A stretch of DNA of 63,115 nucleotides, counting the filler, from Welwitschia mirabilis (taxonomy: Eukaryota): the NCBI GenBank assembly GCA_051453625.1. It is 7 parts of one record of this genome, joined end to end, with 100 filler letters (N's around TTAATTAATTAA, not from the genome) between each part and the next. Parts side by side here need not be neighbours in the genome. Positions count along the whole stretch, not along the records: positions 46,088 to 49,892 come from JBOZIK010000001.1; positions 49,993 to 54,915 come from JBOZIK010000001.1; positions 55,016 to 57,932 come from JBOZIK010000001.1; positions 58,033 to 63,115 come from JBOZIK010000001.1; 3 more parts are not named here. One strand, written 5' to 3'. The translations under genes were made by a program, and so were the position numbers. The notes beneath the pieces were generated by a model that saw only the letters and a list, made by a program, of their open reading frames with translations, was not told the origin of the DNA and made no database searches. Shown piece after piece: positions 49,001-63,115 of this stretch (the first letter of the stretch is position 1; every line of letters begins with the position of its first letter).

Positions 49001-49892
49001 TTTATACAAATCATTTAGCAATTAAATACCTAATGAATAAGAAGGATTCTAGATGGATCCTCTTAATGCAAGAATTTAACATCACCATTATAGATAAGAT
49101 AGGANNNNNNNNNNNNNNNNNNNNNNNNNNNNNNNNNNNNNNNNNNNNNNNNNNNNNNNNNNNNNNNNNNNNNNNNNNNNNNNNNNNNNNNNNNNNNNNN
49201 NNNNGCTAAATTTGATTGAATATGTTTTTCTAGTTTGCTCTTGATAAAATCAAATGTAAACTCTCTTATGCCCCTATCGTAATAGGACCTAATTGGGAGA
49301 AAGATTTTAAGTTAATGTGTAATGATAGTAATTTTACCATAGGTAGATGTTTGGATAGAAATACAAAAATGAGTTTAAATTCATATCTTATCATAGTAAA
49401 ACATTAGTCAAAGATCAAACAAATTATTCAACTACTGAGAGAGAAATGTTAGCCATTATCTTTTATGATTCTACACAAATATTTATACAAATCATTTAGC
49501 GATTAAATATCTAATGAATAAGAAGGACTCTATATGGATCCTCTTAATGCAAGAATTTAACATCACCATTATAGATAAGGTAGGAAAACATAAAAATATG
49601 GTAGATCACTTATCATGTCTTACTTCTTCTTCTGATGATCTTCCTATCAATGATTCTTTTATGAATGAATAATTATTTGTTATATCTTCTATTCATTCCC
49701 CTCCATGGTTTGCAAATATTATTAACTATCTTATCACTTTGAAAACACCACAAAATTGGATTTATAATAAAAGAAAATCTTTTTTCCATAGGATAGATAA
49801 CTACGAGTGGATAGCACCCCATCTTTATCATAGATGTAAAGATGAAATCATGAGAAAATGTATGCTCGAGTGGGAAAAATATGATATCCTTT
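46088..49892 (+). pseudogene. Athila-like Ty3/gypsy gag-pol (gag end, protease, RT, RNase H, start of integrase), degenerate
   Basis: KFKDPR, HKIYLEENVKPV...RRLNP, DSEWVS, WRVCIDFRK, LPFLDQIL, FLDGYNSYN, IFMEDFS, NYSTTEKEMLAI and PPWFANIINYL, in gypsy RT-RH-INT order. Confidence 0.95.
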
Positions 49893-49992
49893 NNNNNNNN
49901 NNNNNNNNNNNNNNNNNNNNNNNNNNNNNNNNNNNNTTAATTAATTAANNNNNNNNNNNNNNNNNNNNNNNNNNNNNNNNNNNNNNNNNNNN

Positions 49993-50823
49993 TGACTAAA
50001 CTGATTGAAGATCAATTAAAGACCATCATCCACATAATCGTCTAGATGACAGAACAGATGACCGCATCAACTAGTCGATGACAGGTCTCATAGGCAGTCA
50101 GACTAGCAGCAGATGAGGATCTAACTATCAGTCAACATCGTCTCCTATATCGTCTAGACGATCACATGGATGGCACTATTATGTAATGCTTGCGCTACAT
50201 GATAAGCTAAGCTTTTGTCACTTATTTTAACTTCTATTTGCATGGCGGTTAGGGTTTTCCTCATGCCTTTCTATTAGTTTCATTTCTTATCTTAAATCTA
50301 TAAATAAAGATCTCCCTCTTGACTTCTAATCATCTTTGATAATATCCAACATACTCATGACAAGAGATTGAAGGATTGAAAAACCATTTTGTAATTTCAG
50401 AGAGATGTTTTTTTGGTGTTGTGTAATATTTCCTACATTGAGGAGTGGCTACTTTGTAATACGATATTCTCCTTCATAGTTTATGTTATTTGAGATCTAG
50501 TGACAATTTTATTTTGTAATATAGATTATGAGGGAAACATTTATTAAGGTTGTGCTTAGTTAATTTAGGTGCATTACTATTTCCTTTCCTAGCTTAGTCT
50601 TACATAGGTGTGTTCTATTTCATTCTTATGCATTGCAAATTATTTTTATAGGTTAGGGTTACTATATTTTTATCTTAAAAGCAACTCTTTTATTTCCATA
50701 CTTTGGCCTTCAATAGATTATGACATTCAGGTCACTCTTGTCTATATTAGTGTGTTATGTTTGTGCATGTTTTTTGTGGTTAACAAGATTCTAATCAAGA
50801 CGTAAATATTGCATAAATACACA
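49993..50823 (+). repeat. Partial Athila-like LTR (3' portion)
   Basis: CTATAAATAAAGATCTC, TTGAGGA and ATCTAGTGA blocks are collinear with 43870-44400. Confidence 0.55.
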
Positions 50824-51195
50824 CCACAATACTAACAGAGGAAAAAAAAAGCAAAAATATAGCAAAAAGCTAAAAACTTAAAAATAAATGCTCTCTATCA
50901 TCCTTTAGTTCATTCAGATGACAAAGAAGATAATAGAGATTAAAGTCTAAATACAAAAACTGGAAATAAAAACTAAAATTATAGACTGTCGTCCTATCTA
51001 TCATGGGAATGATAGAGGGAACAATGGCTATTTTCCTATATAAAACTAAAACTAAAAAACTATAAACAAAAAATATAGTTTCTAATAAAAATACAACTTT
51101 GTTATGAGTAATAACCAAATAAAGTCCAATATACTTACTTGAATAATAACAACCCTCATACTCCTCAGTAGCCTTCCCTAGTAACTATGCCAATT

Positions 51196-52266
51196 TGTTA
51201 TAATATTTATTTGTGTAAGCGTTTATATTTAAAAGGATTATATCATTCATAAAATAAAATATATTTATCACATAATACAATACACTACTATGAATAAAAA
51301 TGAACCCAAATGTCATACTCATTGAAGACTATGAGATGAGACTAAGATTTATTTTCAATAAAGTAAATAGGAATTAAAATTATATAACAATGCAAAACAT
51401 AAAGAATGCAATGCAAATGCAAAATGTAACTAATCTACATGCAATGAAAAATGAGTCTAATTCACTTGCTTTCAGCCTTAATAAAGGCTACCCTTAATGA
51501 TCTATATCACCTAAGAATTTGTCATCAGATTAAGGGTAATATAAAACATAAGGGACATCATAGAATTTAATATGTAATAAATAAAACCAAGTTTATATTA
51601 AAGAAGTAATAAGCATCTAGGTTATAAAATAGCCAAGCCTCAATGAAGGATACACAACCCTCCATCAAGCAAACATCTTTCTACAACATTCAAGATGGAT
51701 CTCCTGTCCTTCAATCTCCTATCACAAGAATTTCTGATGCAATGAAGATAGATTGGAGATTCAAAGGAGGCTTATTTATAAAAAGACATAGCAAAAAATG
51801 ACAAACAAAAGGCGCTCCAAAATAATGCTCTTTTAGATAAAAGAAATAGATAAAATGATCAAGGGTCAATTGTTAGAGTCAATTATAATGTTAATGTCAT
51901 CTTGATAATCATCTGAATGATGATGGGGATGACAACTCATTACAAAAAGTTACTTAGTAGGTGGCTTAGCATATGACTTAGCAGTCCATATCAGCTGTAA
52001 TCATCCTATTTGTCGTGAGGATGATAAAGGGGATGACAGTCTTCTTTAATCATTTTATTAAGAAGAAATTATCATTTTTATTAGAAATATTCCTTTAAAT
52101 CTTTATGTATCAAAATGTGCCTTGGATGCCTCAAATATCACTGAGAATTGTACATTTCTAAAATCTTCTATTGTGTCTCCAAAATCCTCAGAATTACACC
52201 TAAACCTATGCAAATCTCCTACAAAATAGCTCATAAACCCCATCAAATAACCACAAATTGGCAACA
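51196..52266 (-). repeat. Athila-like 5' LTR with PBS at about 51172-51195; 5' UTR extends leftward
   Basis: TGTT...GGCAACA termini. Minus strand AATTGGCATAGTTACTAGGGAAGG is an Athila PBS-like sequence. Collinear with 43336-44402. Confidence 0.7.
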
Positions 52267-53215
52267 CAACAAAGTGGAATTACTTAAAGTGGAAAGTATG
52301 GTGAGGAAGAGGAGTAAATAAAGGAGGAGAAAAAGGTACATGGAATAATTCTTTAGTAGTTTTTTTTTTCTCTTCATTTGAGTGATAGGAGAAGAATAAG
52401 GAGAAGAAGAAACTTAAGAATGAAGGTGGAAAATAATGTGGAGACTATACTACTTCTTAATTTTCTTCTTTTACTTTTTCTTGGNNNNNNNNNNNNNNNN
52501 NNNNNNNNNNNNNNNNNNNNNNNNNNNNNNNNNNNNNNNNNNNNNNNNNNNNNNNNNNNNNNNNNNNNNNNNNNNNNNNNNNNNNNNNNNNNNNNNNNNN
52601 NNNNNNNNNNNNNNNNNNNNNNNNNNNNNNNNNNNNNNNNNNNNNNNNNNNNNNNNNNNNNNNNNNNNNNNNNNNNNNNNNNNNNNNNNNNNNNNNNNNN
52701 NNNNNNNNNNNNNNNNNNNNNNNNNNNNNNNNNNNNNNNNNNNNNNNNNNNNNNNNNNNNNNNNNNNNNNNNNNNNNNNNNNNNNNNNNNNNNNNNNNNN
52801 NNNNNNNNNNNNNNNNNNNNNNNNNNNNNNNNNNNNNNNNNNNNNNNNNNNNNNNNNNNNNNNNNNNNNNNNNNNNNNNNNNNNNNNNNNNNNNNNNNNN
52901 NNNNNNNNNNNNNNNNNNNNNNNNNNNNNNNNNNNNNNNNNNNNNNNNNNNNNNNNNNNNNNNNNNNNNNNNNNNNNNNNNNNNNNNNNNNNNNNNNNNN
53001 NNNNNNNNNNNNNNNNNNNNNNNNNNNNNNNNNNNNNNNNNNNNNNNNNNNNNNNNNNNNNNNNNNNNNNNNNNNNNNNNNNNNNNNNNNNNNNNNNNNN
53101 NNNNNNNNNNNNNNNNNNNNNNNNNNNNNNNNNNNNNNNNNNNNNNNNNNNNNNNNNNNNNNNNNNNNNNNNNNNNNNNNNNNNNNNNNNNNNNNNNNNN
53201 NNNNNNNNNNNNNNN

Positions 53216-53882
53216 AAAACATTGAGTACAAAAAATGATTTAAAAGTGAGGATAAGGGAGGTATTTATAGTTTCAAATTAAAGGTTCTAGAATCATAACC
53301 CAGAAGTCAGAGAAGAAACCCTAGTAGCCCAAATGGGATGCATGATCCCATTATAAGATAATTCAGTCCTGCTTATACAAAATAATTATCATCCTGACTA
53401 TCATGGGGATGAACTGAGGAAAATGCCCTATAATAATAAGTAATTCATTAGCTTGCATCTCCAAAATTAGCTCCACAGTTGATTCCAAACATATTTTCAT
53501 TCCTGATATCATGGAATATTGATGGGGATGATACCTCCTTTGAAAAGGGGCTTTGTTGGCTCCTATCTCCACTCCACGTCACTGACATCATAGGCTACTA
53601 TCATGTTGTCAACCTCTTTATCATGTTAACGACAGTGGGAACGATACCCTTCTAAAAGCTCTCTAGCTAAAAGAAATTAGACTTCTTCATCATTAATCTT
53701 CATCCAAAACACTAGGTACCAAAATGTGCCTGAAATACCTTCAAATACGTTAATAATTACTTATTTCTATGATCTTCCCATTAACTCTTCATAATTATCA
53801 CAATTGCATCCAAACCTATATAAATGTCCTATAAAAGTACTCAAAATACACCATCAAAATCCTACAAATTGGAATCCCAACA
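53216..53882 (-). repeat. Partial LTR related to the Athila-like LTRs (5' portion)
   Basis: The terminal ~200 bp (AAAATGTGCCT...CCAAACCTAT...CCATCAAA...CAAATTGG...CAACA) parallels 52110-52266. Confidence 0.6.
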
Positions 53883-56800
53883 TAATGGTATTTATATAGG
53901 TTATCTTCTAGTTATTACATCTAAGGAAATAAAATAAGGCATTATAAAGATAATATAAAATAAAACATGAAAGAGGTAAGTTACTTTTGTGATCTACATA
54001 ATTGTAGAGAGGCACTTGAGTATATTAAAAGGTTTGTTTTCTTGAATAATTCTAATAATGTCCAAATAACTATTGTATGAATTCATTAGATGAGGGGTAG
54101 GCAAAATATTATAGATGAAAAATCTAAAGATGACTAATTGATTTTTATAAAGGTACTTACAAGGTAAGGCACTTTATCTATTAAAAGCATATTCAACATT
54201 TAAGGCTTCACATTCATAACTAAGGTTTTTTTGTAAAAATGAAAGTTAATCATCAAGGTGGATGACTTTAAAAATGTACTGTAAATCACCTAAAGTAATA
54301 ATAAAAAAAGTGTGATAAATAGAAAAATAAATTACCTAAGGATACTCATCATCTAAAGTTGGATTTTTTATAGAGTTCAAGAACCTTCTTATAAAAATAG
54401 TAGGTGTATTATTCCTTTAAAATTAGTTCTAATGATGAGATTCACAATTTTTCAAATAGAAAGGTACATACAGAGATAGAAAAGAGGAGAAAATATCCTC
54501 TTTAATGAAAGCTCCCTATATTCCACTCATGATATATTGAAAATAATGGAAATCAAAAAAGAAAAATGAAAGAAGGAAGAAATAAAATAGAAGAAAAGAA
54601 AGATCAAGTTAGAGATATGAAGGAGAAAAAGTGAAAAAACAAGAAACTAGTAAATTTTATGATTAAAACTAACATACCAAAGAATAAAAATGATAGTAAA
54701 AAATGATTAAAAGCTATAAGATAAAGCATGAAGAAAATGCATAAAATTGAATGATGGTGCTAGTTAGGAAAGGTATAAGTGTCAACAAAACTAAGTAAAT
54801 AGATATGAGTTTAAAAACATGGAAAAAGTGAGATGCATAGGTTATAGAAAGATGAACAACAAAGTGAATTTGAGAATCTAAGGCCAAGTTTAAATAGAAA
54901 TATTATAAAAGTATANNNNNNNNNNNNNNNNNNNNNNNNNNNNNNNNNNNNNNNNNNNNTTAATTAATTAANNNNNNNNNNNNNNNNNNNNNNNNNNNNN
55001 NNNNNNNNNNNNNNNAATAGGTGAATGATTAGTGATTTTAAATAAGAAATGATACATGGAATTTTCTATAAAACTAACACCATTAGACAACTTATGTTTA
55101 ATGGAGTATGAACCTAACAATCTTGAAATAAACTTGCTAGGGTATCACTACATTTTATCATTATGCAAAAAAAAATCACATCTCTTTTAAAATAAGATTT
55201 ATTAATATATCTTAAATAAACATGTTTGGGGATGTAAAGGAAATGATCAAATTATNNNNNNNNNNNNNNNNNNNNNNNNNNNNNNNNNNNNNNNNNNNNN
55301 NNNNNNNNNNNNNNNNNNNNNNNNNNNNNNNNNNNNNNNNNNNNNNNNNNNNNNNGAAATGATCAAATTATGTCTCATACAAAGACTAGCTATCCATAAT
55401 ATTCTTCTTATAAGAATCTAAATTTGAGGATTAACAATTAGTTGGACACTTTCATTAAGATAAGTATGATGCATGAGAATACTAAAATCATTACTTTTAA
55501 AATTAGAAATGGTTCATTCTAAATCTTATTTGTACTTTCCTAATAAGTCGAGTAAAACATTTACTTAAGATTAGGATGAATATGAGCTAAGAACCATAAA
55601 AAAGTTTAGCTCATTACTTAAGAAGGCATACTTATGATCACTTATGAGGGATCTTAACCTAGTATAACATTTATCCTTTAAGTTAAGGANNNNNNNNNNN
55701 NNAGAAGATGAATATGAGCATAAATGTTTTTCATGTGCGCAGATGATTATAGATGAAAAAATTCACTTCCTAACATGTCAACATGCTTAAAATTATCATT
55801 ACTTAAACTAATTTTTACTCTATGAAAGATATTAAGTTTAATAGTTAAGTTTTCAAAAGATATTTGCATGAGATCATTTTTATAATTGATTAATGCAGTA
55901 GAAGTTTTAAAGAAAGTTCTATTAAGGATTATAAGAACTACATGATTAATTGTCATTTTCATTTCTAAAGCAAGAAGCCCACAGAAAAATAGTAACTTTC
56001 TACTTACACTATGAAAACTTGTACAAGCCTTAAATATTATTCAATAGGAATTATTAGTTAATTGATAGCATGTGAAAATTAACATTTAGACTAAGTATAT
56101 TAGAATAGTTAATCTTAGGTAAAAATATTAAAATAGCTATTTTATCATACAATTATGTTCTTAGACATTTTAAATATTATTTATAAACTTACATACTTTT
56201 CCATCATAATTTTAGATAAAATTCTAATTTTTGAATAACATAGAAAAATATAAAGATAATCTAGCTAAAAATACTAGCATCACAACCTAGGTCATTAATG
56301 CCATTAGTCCTTTAGAATAAAATACTTTAAGAGTTATGTTCTGAAACTATCATGAAAAATTGATCAATTTTCAATTATGGGCTTAATAAGTTAGTACATA
56401 AAAAACAAGCATTATCTTCAATGATATGTGGTAGTGACATAGGATACACATGATAGTAACATAATGGTAGTAATGGAGACACATGATGATAACATCAATT
56501 AAGAGAAAAATCATGATCTAAAGACTAAGTATTATATGTGTCATAATAACCTCCACCCAACATAAGAAGATGAAGATTTCACTAAGACGAGTAATCTTAA
56601 CCTTTATCTAACACAATAAGACAAAGCTTTTATCTAATGTTATAGGATGAAGATTCCACCTAATGCTACAAGATGAAATTTTATCCACCCTACCTAAATC
56701 TATATGACAAATAATTATAACCACCCATCTAACACTAAAAGCTAAAATACCTTAACCATATCCTCACTTACAAAAAGGGTAAAGCATCCTTTATTGTAAT

Positions 56801-58032
56801 ATCTCTTTCAATTGAATCTTGGTGGTGAAAGCTTGGGAAGGAGTGATATTCATGATGTCATTCTAAACTCATCCTTTAAAAGTGAGATAGCTTAAAGACT
56901 AGCTTTAAGAAGTCTGTATCAACTTTGCATTCATTCTATAATGTAATGTAATTTATGATTTTTCATGAACGATAGCTATTCATCCTTGATTTTAAGTGTA
57001 GTTAATATTATACTTTTAATGCTTAGATAATACTACATATTAAGTTATTTTAATCATTGAGTGAGTCTCTTAAGGTTACTTTGTCTATAGTTATTTTTTT
57101 TTTATGGATCTTGAGAATTTTAGTTCTTCCTTTCAATGCTTATGAAAGGTTATGAAATATTAAAGGGAATAAGAAATTTATAAATAATCATGTGGTGAAT
57201 GCAATTATATCATCATAACCCAAGCCTTAATGACTTAATAATCTTATAATTATTTTAGAGAGTTATAGGATATTGTTAGAAGTGAAGGTTTTGGTGCTGG
57301 ATGATTTAAGTTATACCTTTGAAGTTTACTCATTTTCCTACTTCATCATATAAGTTAAACTCAACTTAATCTTCATTTCCAATTTTATTTTTATTTTTTG
57401 CAAGCTAAAAATTTTTATGTTACCTATGTTAAGTCCTCTATCTCAATTTATTCATGTAAAAATATCAACATCGAGACTATATTATAATAGGGTCTTAGGA
57501 CTATGAATTATAAAAGCCAATCATGAACAATCATTTTAGCACTAGTGAAAGGGATAATGGCATGGTATCTTCAAAGAAGATTCATAATATTTCATTTTTT
57601 GTGATTTTTAGTTTACATTTTTTTANNNNNNNNNNAGTAAAAACTAAATTAAAAATAAATTTATTATTATGGAGTCCACTATTACGGTGCATATTTATGC
57701 AAATGATATGTTCTCAAACAAATCCTATGAATCATAAATATATATAAATTTTACATAACACACCATACTAATATATATGTGAGTAATCCAAATGTTATAG
57801 CGTCATCAAAAAAATGGATAAGAATAAAGAGAATAAATTTTAAAAAAGAAATAATTAAAAACCTTAAAGTAGAACAAACTAACAATGCAAAATAACAATG
57901 AAAATGAACACATTATGCAAATGAAATGCAAGNNNNNNNNNNNNNNNNNNNNNNNNNNNNNNNNNNNNNNNNNNNNTTAATTAATTAANNNNNNNNNNNN
58001 NNNNNNNNNNNNNNNNNNNNNNNNNNNNNNNN

Positions 58033-61000
58033 GAACATGCCTTGCTCAATGGAACCAGATGATCTAGACCTTATTGAAGAATATAAAAAGAAGCTAGAAG
58101 ATACTTGCTAAGAACTCTATTCAGAATGTAAAAAGTTGGTAAAATGAATTAATGAGTTAAATAAGATAGTGAAGGTTTTGAACAAGAAAAATAAAGAGTT
58201 GGAGATAAAGTATAGGATGGTTCAAATAAAAAAAATACCAAGATAAATTAAGAGGTAAATAACGTATCTTATTTTGTAAATAATTTTTTAAATAGTTAAA
58301 TAAATTTGAATAGAGGCTTCAAATATGAAGACTAATCTATAACAAAAAAGGTACTAGCTTCATCTCTTAAAAACTATATAATCAATTGAATAAGGTAACA
58401 TGACAAGATAAATATATATTAAAAATTACTTATTATTTTTTTTGAAAAGACAGATCATTCAAAATTATTTTGATGCTAAAAATATAATGCTATTTTCAAG
58501 CTTTGTTAATACTTTTTCATTTAAATTTATGCCAAAGGGATGTCTACCACAACATTCCAAATGAACTAAGTGGGTAAGGTTAATAATTTGAAAAGTCTAT
58601 TGATCCAAATAGCTTTTAAAGTATTAAATGAAACTTTCTAATATATGGATAGTGGATTTTCTTGGCACATGATAGATGAAAAAACAAGATTCCAACATTT
58701 GGATGGCTTAATAAAGGAGAATNNNNNNNNNNNNNNNNNNNNNNNNNNNNNNNNNNNNNNNNNNNNNNNNNNNNNNNNNNNNNNNNNNNNNNNNNNNNNN
58801 NNNNNNNNNNNNNNNNNNNNNNAAGGAGAATTAACATTTGATGATTAGAAAAAAGCAAAAATTAAAGGCATTAGAAGCATCGATGGAGGTAACATGCCTA
58901 GAATTAATGAAGTTTTATATATGAATGATCTTAATTATAATTTTTTGAGTATTAGTTAGATTTATGATAAAGGTCATAAAGTCATCTTTGATAGTAAAAA
59001 ATTTAGATTTAGACATGATAAAATAAATGATATTCTTCTTAAGGAAAATGGAATAAATAATGTTTATAACATTGATCAATCTTTATCTCCTTGTTATTTT
59101 TGTCATATAAATCAAGAAGAGTTATGACACCAAGGCTTAGGATATGTAAACTATGATCATCTTAAAATCATCATTGAAAAAGATATCATGAAAGAAATAC
59201 TTAGGATTAACGTTAAAAAACATGGATTGTGTGATGCTTGTCAAAAAGGAAAATAATTAAGACTTTTCATAAAATTAAAAACTTAGACTTCTCAACAGTG
59301 GGACCTAAACCTATTTACATAAACTTGATGGGTCTATCCCAAACTAAAAGTCTAGAAGGAAAATCATATTTTTTGACTATGATAGATGACTTATCCAAGT
59401 TTACTTGGGTTGATTTTTTGGAAAATAAAGCTAAAACCTTTAAAAGCTATGTTGAAATCTATAACAAAATCCCAAATGAGAAAGGATACACTATTAAAAT
59501 AATTTTAAGTGATCAAGAAAGAGAATTCAAAAATCACATTTTTAAGAAGTATTATGTAGAAAATGGTATAAAGCATCAGTTTTTAGCCCCAAAGACTCCA
59601 CAACAAAATGGAATTGTAGAAATAAAAAAATTGAGTCCTTTAAGAAACGGTAAGAATAATACTCAATGATAAGGAAGTTCTTAAAATACTTTGGGCTAAA
59701 TAAGTAAGTACTACATGCTACATTATCAACAGATTCTATCTAAGACTAGGTATGAATAAAATCTGCTATGAACTCTATAAAGAAGTAAATTCTTTATCTT
59801 AAAAGATAGAATACATTTGAGAAAATTTGAGTATAAACCTAATGAACAATTATTTTTGGATATTCAACTTAAAGTAAAGCCTACTAGGTTTTAATAAATG
59901 AAGTTTAATAGTGGAAGAATCTATAAACATTCAAATAGATGACTTTAGTATAAGACTTATTCCTTCAAATGGTGAAGAAAATCTTACTCCAAATATCTTC
60001 ATAGTAAAAAAGCAATAACTGAAAAGGAAGAAGAGCCATCTCAAGAGGTTACTTCTAAAAATTTCAAAAAGCTAAAAGATCACTAACTTGAATCTATTAA
60101 TTGGAGATGTAAGATCAAAAATTCAAACTAGAAACTATCTTAAAAATTTATGTGCCCACATTTGTCATGTCTTGCAAATTGAACAAAAAAATTTTAAAGA
60201 GGATAANNNNNNNNNNAAAGAAATGATGTTTAGAAACTTGTAGAAAGATCAAAAGATCAAAATATGATCAGAATAAAATGAATCTTTAAGAACAAGTCCA
60301 ATGAAAACAATAATGTGTCTAAGAATAAGGCAAGATTAGTGGTCCAAGGATACAACCAGATTGAAGGGATAGATGTAAGAGATACATTTGCTTTAGTGGA
60401 TAAAGTAGACTATATTAGAATGTCTCTCCTATGTAGCCATTAAGAACATTAAAGTTTTTCAAATGAATGTGAAAAGTGCCTTTTTAAATAGAACTCTTAA
60501 TGAAGATATCTATGTAAAACAACCATAAGGTTTTATAGATCCATACAAACTAAACCATGTCTATAGACTCAAAAAGGCTTTGTATGATTTGAAACAAGCT
60601 CTAAAAACTTGGTATGAAAAACTAACAACATTTCATAAAGAAAATGATTATGCCTATGGAGCTATGGATAAAACTATATTTGTCAAAAATCTTAAAAAGT
60701 ACTTTATCATCATTCAAATCTATGTTGATGACATAATTTTTAAAACCTTAAGAGAATATATATCAAAATAATTTGATAACATTATAACCATGTAATTTAA
60801 AATGAGTAAGTTAGGTGAAGTTTGCATGTTTCTTAGTTTTTAAGTTAAATAAACAAAAAATAGGATTTTCATTTCTTAATCCAAATACTCAAGGGACCTG
60901 ATCAAGTGATTTGGAATAAAAAATGAAAAATCAATTAACACATCTATGTAAACTTCATGTAAGGTCAGTCTTGATGATTATGAAAAATGTATAGACCAAA

Positions 61001-62790
61001 AACTTTATAGAAGCACGATAAGAAGTCTATTATATTTAACCACAAGTAGACTTAACATAATGTTTAGTATTGCTGTATGTATAAGATATCAGATTAAACC
61101 AAATAAATAACACCTCTAAGCTATCAAAGGAACATAAGATATATAAAAGGAATAAGTAACTATGAACTTTGGTATCCTAAAAAAACTTCCTTTCAGCTTA
61201 TAGATTTTGGTGATGCAGACTGAGTTGGTTGTAAAGATGATTAAAAAAGCACTAATGGAAATTGCTCTCTTTTAGGATCATACTTAGTAGGATGAGCAAT
61301 TAAGAAATAAACTTTATCTCCCTTTTCATAATAAAGTAAACTATATAGAAGCAGGAAGTTATTATACCCATCTTCTATGGATGACATAAATGCTTAAAGA
61401 CTTTGAAGTTAATTTTGAATAGGTTAAATTCTTTGTAACAATACAAATGCAATTAATATCTTAAAAAACCCTATTCAATAATCTCGAACTAAGCATATTA
61501 AACTAAGGGACAATTTCCTTAAATATAAAGTAGAAAAAGGAAACATTTCTATGAAATTTATAAGCATTAATAAATAACTAATTGATATTTTCATAAGGCC
61601 CCTAATTTTTAACTATTTTTTGAGACTTCGTCATGAATTAGGGGTTGTCTCTTCATCTTATNNNNNNNNNNNNNNNNNNNNNNNNNNNNNNNNNNNNNNN
61701 NNNNNNNNNNNNNNNNNNNNNNNNNNNNNNNNNNNNNNNNNNNNNNNNNNNNNNNNNNNNNTAAAGAAAATAATTATGCCTATGGAGCTATGGATAAAAC
61801 TATGTTTGTCAAAAATCTTAAAAAGTATTTTATCATCATTCAAATCTATGTTGATGACATAATTTTTGAAGCCTTAAGAGAATATATATCAAAATAATTT
61901 GATAACATTATGACCATATAATTTAAAATGAGTATGTTGGGTGAAGTTTGCATGTTTCTTAGTCTTTAAGTTAAATAAACAAAAAATGGAATTTTCATTT
62001 CTTAATCCAAATACTCAAGGAACCTGATCAAGTGATTTGGAATAAAAAATGAAAAATCAATTAACACATCTATGTAAACTTCATGTAAGATTAGTCTTAA
62101 TGATCATGAAAAATGTATAGACCAAAAACTTTATAGAAGCATGATAAGAGGTCTGTTATATTTAACCACAAATAGACTTGACATAATGTTTAGTATTACT
62201 GTATGTATAAGATATCAGATTAAACCAAAGAAATCACACCTCTAAGCTATCAAAGGAACATAAGATATATAAAAGGCATAAGTAACTATGAACTTTGGTA
62301 TCCTACAAAAACTTCCTTTGAGCTTATAAATTTTAGTAATGTAGACTGCGCTGGTTGTAAAGATGATTAAAAAAGAACTAATGGAAATTGCTTTCTTTTA
62401 GGATCATGCTTAGTAGAATGGGCAATTAAGAAATAAAACTCTATCTCCCTTTTCATAATAGAAGTAAACTATATAAAAGCAGGAAGTTATTGTACCCATC
62501 TTCTATGGATGATGTAAATGCTTAAAGACTTTGAAGTTAATTTTGAATTGATTTAAATATTTTGTAACAATACAAATGTAATTAATATCTTAAAAAATCC
62601 TATTCAATAATCTTGAACTAAGCATATTAAACTAAGGGACAATTTCCTTAAATATAAAGTATAAAAAGGCAATATTTCTATGAAATTTCTAAACATTAAT
62701 AAATAACTAATTGATATTTTCATAAGACCCCTAATTTTTAACTATTTTTTAAGACTTCATCATGAATTAGGAGTTGTCTCTCCATCTTAT
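58033..62790 (+). pseudogene. Sirevirus gag end and pol (PR-INT-RT-RNase H), degenerate; RT/RNase H repeated at 61762-62790
   Basis: MDSGFSWHMID, CDACQKG, DDLSKFTWVDFL, PKTPQQNGIVE, NKARLVVQGYNQIEGID, QIYVDDIIF, RTKHIKLR and IDIFIRPL. Confidence 0.95.
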
Positions 62791-63115
62791 GATTCAAAGT
62801 AGGATGGTTGATCAGATCTTACATTTGGTTAACTAGATCTAGAGAAGTTAGATTAATTGAATTTTATTTGATCATTTAGTCTTTTCCAGCATAAATTTGA
62901 ATCTAGTCAAATAAACCAGAGTAAAGTCCTACTTAACTAAACCTTAATTTTTTTTTCTTTTTTAACCTACATCTTGATGGATTGATCAGATCATAATTTG
63001 GTCAATCAAATCTATGGGTTATAGTGTATAAGAAAGGTTGTTGCGACACCAACTTAGATGTATTTGATAGGGTATTTTGAGTTGTTTTGCAGATAAACTA
63101 ACAGATAAATGCCTA

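Noticed and set aside
55016-57932. Scaffold 6 as gene-containing sequence
   Set aside because: Very AT-rich with only short ORFs and no recognisable motifs or exons; probably eroded repeat, left unassigned.

Overview
AT-rich, gap-riddled plant genomic DNA, almost entirely decayed and nested transposable elements. Six 100-nt linkers (44 N + TTAATTAATTAA + 44 N) show it is a concatenation of seven scaffolds: 1-19991, 20092-40890, 40991-45987, 46088-49892, 49993-54915, 55016-57932, 58033-63115. Many plain 100-N gaps are flanked by duplicated sequence. The only host-gene sequence I recognise is one intact 86-nt exon (5464-5549, minus) of ureidoglycolate hydrolase (UAH), so scaffold 1 is probably long TE-filled introns. 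Scaffold 1 also holds nested Tnt1/Tork-like copia pieces, a Sirevirus-type solo LTR with TSD, a tRNA-derived SINE with TSD, an Athila gag-protease relic, an intron-containing DUF659-type hAT transposase relic and a near full-length L1 LINE. The most unusual item is a decayed ORF (13666-14720, minus), downstream of and co-oriented with the L1 ORF2, that fuses a plant retroelement accessory domain to a Pro/Glu-rich linker and an HPD-containing DnaJ J-domain. The other scaffolds hold Sirevirus (SIRE/Maximus copia) and Athila (gypsy) relics. All family assignments come from motif recognition by eye, not database searches.
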